Positions 57,801 through 64,000 of a stretch of DNA of 64,000 nucleotides are shown piece by piece. The DNA comes from Cyanophora paradoxa CCMP329 (lineage: Eukaryota; Plantae; Glaucophyta), in assembly GCA_004431415.1 (NCBI GenBank), contig QPMI01000182.1:62001-126000 (forward strand), given 5' to 3'. Within the stretch, counting starts at the first letter, position 1. Every line of letters starts with the position of its first letter. The notes under the pieces are model-generated. The model saw only the letters and a list, made by a program, of their open reading frames with translations. It ran no database searches and was not told the origin of the DNA. The translations under genes and the position numbers were made by a program.

Positions 57801-58150
57801 CTCTCCCCTGCGTGCGAGACGCGAGACGCGTGCAGACCGCTTCAGCGGGCCAATCCACCGGCGGCGGTCCTTGCCCCCTGTCCTCCCGCCCTATCCCGGC
57901 CGCCGGCCGCCTCAAGCGCCGCCGCCCCCCAAGCCTCCCTCCATCTTTCCCCGGGGCCCTCCATGGCCATCGGCGCCTTCCTCTTCGCTTGGGATCGACG
58001 TTGCCCGCGCCTCAGCGGCACCCGCCCGCGCCTCCGACGTTGCGGCCCGCGCCTCCGCCTCTCCAGCCCGCGCCTCTGCAGCCACCGCTTGCGCCTCGGC
58101 CGCCTCGGCCCGCGATCGCAGCGCCGCCAGTTGCTCCGCCCCCTGCGCCG

Positions 58151-58152
<2 letters not shown>

Positions 58153-58233
<81 letters not shown>
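58153..58233. repeat. (AT)n microsatellite, ~40 units
   Basis: Direct reading. Confidence 0.99.
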
Positions 58234-58235
<2 letters not shown>

Positions 58236-58267
58236 AGACACCCGCTCACGCGGGGAAGGCCCCCCCC

Positions 58268-58630
58268 TATGGTTGCACATTATGTTACTCGCGAGAGTGT
58301 CGACAGAATCTCGCGAGAATTCCTTCGACCCTTGGTCGCAGGAATTCTCGCGAGACTCCTGCGTCCGAATCCGGCGACCCTTGGTCGCAGGAATTCTCGC
58401 GAGACTCCTGCGTCCGAATCCGGCGACCCTTGGTCGCAGGAATTCTCGCGAGACTCCTGCGTCCGAATCCGGCGACCCTTGGTCGCAGGAATTCTCGCGA
58501 GATTCCTGCGTCCGAATCCGGAGACCCTTGGTCGCCAGAATTCTCGCGAGAATCCGTCGACGGATTCCGGCGACCCTTGGTCGCAGGAATCTTGCGAGAA
58601 TTCTCGCGAGAAACATAATGTGCAACCATA
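58268..58630. mobile_element. MITE with TA duplication, ~27-bp TIRs and an internal 49-bp tandem array
   Basis: TA-TGGTTGCACATTATGTT.CTCGCGAGA is inverted at the right end. Unit GACCCTTGGTCGCAGGAATTCTCGCGAGACTCCTGCGTCCGAATCCGGC starts at 58327, 58376, 58425, 58474, 58523 and 58572. Confidence 0.9.
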
Positions 58631-58900
58631 CCCCCCCCCTCCCCTCCTCCCTCCGTCCCCCGTCCCCCGTACCCGTCCCCCGAGCCCTGTCCTGTCCTAT
58701 CATAGTCATACTTATATAAATTTTGATATGACTTAATATATTATTTAGCTGCGCATGCATGCACTGCGCCATACTAGGCTTCCCGCTCTTCCCAATAACG
58801 TAGATGTAGATCTTTTCGCCCAGCTTAAGCTTTAATTTAAGCAGATCGCTCTTGATATGTGACCATCGATATCGAAATCACTGCTCATATGGCGTGGAAA

Positions 58901-61900
58901 TCAGTCGTAGCTCCGATCCAATGGATATGTAGTATTCGAAGAGTCGACTGGAACCGGGTGTCTGTGCACGTGGTAGAATATATGTGAGTATATATATACG
59001 TGTACGCATGATATATGTAGCCATGTGTACCGTGGAGGCATGTGACAGATCTTGGGACCTAGATATCGATGGTCGAATTCGTGAGCATGCTCGGCCTGTG
59101 GTGATGTCGATGAAGATCTTTCCGATGTAAGCTGATCCTGCGCTGCTGCTGTCCGCTCTTTGAGCTTCTTGAGTCGCCGGCGAGCTGCAGCAGTCCGAAT
59201 GTGACTCTGGACATCAACATGACCGTCTGTGTACCATCTTCGCAACGGTCCGCCTTGGCGAAAAGCTGAACATTCAGAGCAGAAGCAAAAAATATCGGAG
59301 GGGCCGTCTTTGTGGTTCTGGAGGGGAACGGGCACTCGACCAAGCCAGAAATGCGGTCCGTATTCGTGGTCCTGAGATCCAATGTCGTGTGGTGGTCGGC
59401 CACGTGCATTGGTGCCATGAAGCGGAAGTCCTCCGGATCGACATGCTGGTGCAAACAACAGATGACGCATTGAATGGTGCAGCGCAGTTCCAGTGAGCTG
59501 TATGGCATGGGCGCCATTAGACTTTAGGATCGAGACAATTTCGTTGTCTGAGACACGAATGTCGACAGCAAGTCCATTAATTGTAATGACATGTCCAGGC
59601 GTCGGCCAGCTCTTCTGGAGAGACAATAACTCAGACATGGAGCTCTGTGGACCGTGGTCGACGCCAAGAGAATTATTGTACTGCGATGGTCGAATCACAA
59701 CTGCTCTTGAAAAATCTTGCAGGCTGTCAAGAACTGAGTAGAATTCAGCTGGGGTCCAAAAATGGAGCACATGGTGACGGATTTCATATTTTGACTGATC
59801 CTGCTTCGAAACAATCCAAGTAGCTGTGTATGGCTCTATCTCCGACGAAGTAGGCGCATAGTATCCGTGTTCCAGCACAAAGACGCCACCATCGAAATAA
59901 GTTCCAACGAGTCTACGCAAAACAGTGAGCTTTCCAGCACTTGTCACAGTAGCCCAGATTGCGCTGGATGTTTCCTGGGCTGCTGCTTTCTCGGTCTGAA
60001 AACGGGAGACATCCCGCAGAGCATTCTCAACTACTGCATCAATCGTCCCTACGCCGGATATCGATCCGGAGATGCAGAAGTTAACGGAAATGAATTATAT
60101 AGATCAGATAATTGCATGCACCACTGGTCATGTGCTTGAGGGCTTTGTAATGTGGGAGCATGACAGTTGCATCCTGAACAATGTAGTAGCCGCCAAAGCA
60201 AACACCATGAAGCGTTTGTGATTGGATCGGGCGCAGATGTAGCAGTTGAGAAAAGTTCTCAGTGACATGCAGTTCGGTGTTTGCGCCAGACGTACGAGTG
60301 TGTTTCAACCATGACATTGCGCCCGCGACAAGCAGAATAATCGAGTCTGCAGTCGATTCCTGTGCAGTGACACGGTAGATTATGACATCGAGCTCATCGA
60401 GCGCACAAACATCATTGGCTCGTGCTGTGAAGAACTCGTCAATTGCCTGCGCATCCAAAAGACAATGCATATGAGTTCACATGGTGCTTATAATTATAAT
60501 TATGTATATACATAAACAGATTGAATGGCAAACATTTTGAGTGCACAAAATGACGTTGTCGTGCAGATGCGCTCGTGGGCAAGGCTGGGTGCATGGCACA
60601 GTGTTGGAGATGCGTGTGTAGATGCTGTCGCTGCGATACATGAGGCCCATGCATTCGGGATATCGCTGAAAGATATCGTAGTATTTCTGGACAATATAAT
60701 CGAAGTGTGCTGAATTTTTAGGGCAGGATGTTTGAAGGCCAACGAGCGGGGCCTGAAATGCTGGCAAGAAAAAAGGAGATTGATTTCCATAAATATCTGG
60801 GAAGAGTGCTCTCCGTCCAGGCGGTAAACGAAGAGGCTTCGTCGATCTGGATCTGGCGACCTCGGAATTGAGTGGCAATCCAGTCGCGATTGCAACACTA
60901 GTGTCGTCGGTGATGAATTGATCTAATCGGTCGATGTTATCATCCCATGCGCGTCGAAAGGCTTGCCCTGAATGGCAAATAGCCGTCAAAATATCAGGAT
61001 TCAATTGTTAATGAAAGGAGGCAATTATAATATTAATGTTAATTAGACATACCCACAGTGCCCGGAGTCAATTCTTCTGAATTAAAGACCGCTGCAAGTC
61101 GATCGTCATGGATTGATCAGATGATTGCATGCCACATGCTCACCATGCGCTATTCGTGCCCGAGATCTTTGCTGGCGTAGCGCAGGGCTCGTTGGGACTG
61201 GAGTATGCATATGATGCTGTTCACGTGCATGCAACACATCCTCTAACAAATGGTCGGCATGTCCTGAGAAATTGTGGTCGCCAGTGATGCAAACATCTTG
61301 CATCATGCAAACTGCGAGACAAATCGCAGACCTTCCGTATGCACTAGCGCTTTGAATGGCGACTGTACTGACAGCAGGTGCCCGTATGGGGCATGGAAAG
61401 GAGCTGCCTGGTCGGGAGGGACCATTGGGGTCACGGTACCTGAGTCATGGTTTAGCAGGAGCTTATGTAGGCCACTGGAAGCTCGAGCTCAAGCGCGCTA
61501 GCTCACTTTGATTGACTGGAGAATGTGTCGGCCATGAAAATTTCGGTGATTTGCTTGCGATTGGAATTGCATCTTCGTTGATGCTGTGCTCGACACGTCG
61601 ACCAGTCTTTCTAGTTTCTGAGCTGGAGCTCGCGATCGAGTGCGATCGGGAGGCTGGAACGGGAGTGAGGATGATTTCCTGGGCCGAATTTGGGATGCGC
61701 GTATTCCACAGTTTGCGCGCCCGCTCTAGATATATATGCACGAACACTCGATCAGTTTGAGCATCAGCGTGAATGTTGCATGCACTCTGTAATTGCTTAC
61801 GGCGGCATCGATATCTCTGAATGGACTTGAATTCGAAAGACGTCGACGGCGGGTGCACACCGGCACCACGCACAGGAACGAGGGCCGGTGGGTGCACTTC

Positions 61901-62000
61901 TGGATCTTCGGGCCGTGAAGCGTCCGGCGCTGCGCGCGGTCGCGAGAAGCCCTTCGAAATCGGTTTCCGCCAGACGCTTGGCATGCATACCATGCATATG
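58901..62000 (-). CDS. Large low-GC multi-exon orphan gene (boundaries approximate)
   Basis: Long complex ORF pieces 58901-59947, 60081-60470, 60477-61004 and 61463-62119 on one strand, separated by AT-rich intron-like gaps. Confidence 0.5.
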
Positions 62001-62213
62001 CATATGGTCAAAATCGATGCAAGAATTTCGAATTCTGCGATGCACGCATCTGACATGATTCCGCGCGCGCGACATGATTCCCTCGCCCGAGCGTAGGCGC
62101 AGCGCACCAGCAATCGCATACATACATGTCGGCGCAGCGGCCCTGGCCGTAAGGTAGCTAATATCGCACGGCGCAGCTGCAGCGCGTGCGTGCGACGTCG
62201 ATGTCGACCTGCT

Positions 62214-64000
62214 TGTCGGATAGGAGGATTCCCACCCGATTGGGCGCCCGCGCGGTCCAGCGCGGGGCCGGCTCCCTGTGCTGGAGCAGCTGTAGATGCA
62301 GGCTGGTGTATTCTCTGTGTACCCGGAAGACTACTGACACTGTACCCCTAGGATAGGTAGAGGCAGGCCAGCGTAGGCTACCGCGAGGTAAACCTACAGG
62401 AAGAGAGACTATGCTAAGGCACCGTAGACTGCGTCAGGCACCAACTAGCTCTAGTCACTAAGTCACCGCAAGGCCAGGGAATCGAGCCATGCGACAACTC
62501 CTCTTCCGCTGACGTCGCGTCCGCGCGACGTAGCCAGTCAAACCGTGACTCGGGTCGGCATAACCGCAAGAGAGCGTCCCCAACACCGCCAATGGGTGCG
62601 CCGCTCGAGGGCACCGACAGGCCCCAAGACGAGGAACCTGAGCCACAGCCCGGGGGCAGGAATGCAGACAGCTGCAGGCCAGGGAGAAGGCCAGGTAGAT
62701 CCCGTCCAGGTCGATCCCGTCCAGGTCGTCCAGGTCGTGTGCAAGGCAAGGCAGGGTGAGGATGAGCATGCATATGCGTGCGTGCGTGCGATAAGCTCGG
62801 AAAGGGCAGAAAAGCATAAAAATCGCAGAAAGTGATACTGGCCCGAAACTCGCTCCGTACGGCGAGCACCGCAGGAGAGGGGCACGGATGGGAAGTTTCA
62901 CCGCCTCGGAAGAAAACAACGAGGAGGTATCCGGGCCACCCATCAGGCCCAACGAAAGAGCGGGGCACGATAGAGTGAGCCGCCGACTACACGCCTTTCT
63001 GGGGCCGTGCACCAACGAAGCCCCACTCTACCACTCCTCTGAGCTCTAGGGCCCACGCTCCAGAAAAGGGAACGAAAGTCGTCAAGGAGCCAACACGCCA
63101 CCGACCCACACTTGGCCCGACAAGACAGCGCAAGTGTGATCGGCCGACGTCTCCGAGAGAGGACAAGGCTGAGGCAAAGCTGGCAAAGAAATCTGCCCCC
63201 GCACCACATCTCACCACGATCACAGCGTCGCCCTCGGCATCCCTCCTGGGATCCTCGGCGCCGACAGTAGGGGCGAAGTATGGGTTTTGTTCAGGATGGT
63301 TGGTAGAGGTTCGCCCGTACCTCCGAGTACTCCAGTCCTCCGTCTTGACTCGCAATTGTTGACTTGAGCCTCCGATCTCGATCGCGATCCAAGGGCGGCC
63401 AGTTGTCGAGCGGCGACCGTACGCGTGGCCACGGGTGCACGCTCAGACGGCCGACCCTTGAGCCGCGCGGCGGTTAAGGGTAGCAACGTCAACGCTTCAA
63501 CAATATCGATCCCGTGGCTTCACGCGCGCTAGCGTTAACGTTCCCATAGGGAATTGCGTAAGAAGCGCAGGGAGCGTAGGGAATGCATATATCTATGGCC
63601 TTGGACGAGATGGGGCGAGGACCCGAGACCGAGCCCTCGTTCTCGCGGTGTGCATGGCAGCGCTTGCGCTCGGCTGCTGGCGATGAAGCCAGACGACGAT
63701 GCTCAAGATGGACGTGGCCATCGTCAAGACATGGCACGCGTGCTGGCCGCGAAACCCATCGGTCGTTCCTTAGGCCTGGTCTTCCTGTGATCTGGCTCTA
63801 GCCAGGCTCGTTGACGAGCTTGACGGACCATGATCGCAGGAAGGGGTGCTGCAGCGATCCGTGAGACTGCATGTTCACGGTGCCGAGACCCTCGAGATAT
63901 TGGGAGTCCTGTTTGCGCATAGCCGCATCGTTACACGGCATGCAGTCGGCCGCTGAGATCCGATTCCGTTCCTTAAAATGCCGCATCAGTGAGTAGTGAG
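62214..64000 (-). mobile_element. 3' end of a degenerate or non-autonomous Gypsy relative of element 1 (element 3; continues beyond the window)
   Basis: LTR 62214-62496 (TGTCG..CGACA), PPT GGAAGAGGAGT, 3' UTR homologous to 2167-2877. The peptide EQNPYFAPTVGAEDPRRDAEGD matches the element 1 Pol tail EQNPPLAPDVDAEGPERAAEGD. Confidence 0.85.

Noticed and set aside
58327-58610. CRISPR-like regular repeats with palindromes
   Set aside because: Units are contiguous and near-identical with no unique spacers, lie inside TIRs, and have no cas genes nearby.
56827-58772. Long ORFs containing IYIYIY and repeated QESRENS peptides
   Set aside because: Read-through of the (AT)n microsatellite and the 49-bp array.

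Overview
GC-rich, intron-dense eukaryotic DNA, probably from a unicellular alga or protist. Introns are about 50-100 bp, with GTGCGY donors, CTGAC/CTCAC branch sites and many microexons, so most ORFs in the track are GC-driven artefacts. Mobile content: (1) three related Ty3/Gypsy LTR retrotransposons. These are a 5'-truncated copy at 1-3133 (+), a complete 16.9-kb copy at 20834-37711 (-) with apparently identical 283-bp LTRs and an ATGTG target duplication, and a degenerate 3' end at 62214-64000 (-). (2) A 3.9-kb element I cannot classify (37769-41663). It has imperfect inverted ends, a 16-bp flanking duplication, a short A tail, an HNH-like nuclease and two orphan ORFs delimited by a 4-copy 26-bp motif. 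(3) Several MITEs. Host genes: a tandem F-type lectin, a coiled-coil protein head-to-head with a FAM192A/NIP30 homologue, a 2OG-Fe(II) oxygenase, a RING-kinase-ubiquitin-like fusion, a small KHA/beta-grasp protein and several orphans. Best leads: the full-length Gypsy has a primer-binding site with the 13-bp acceptor+T geometry of selenocysteine tRNA, covarying T-loop-like hairpins in its 3' UTR and about 2,100 codons of unknown extra coding between Gag and protease; the HNH cassette-like element fits no class I recognise. All calls are by eye and no searches were run.
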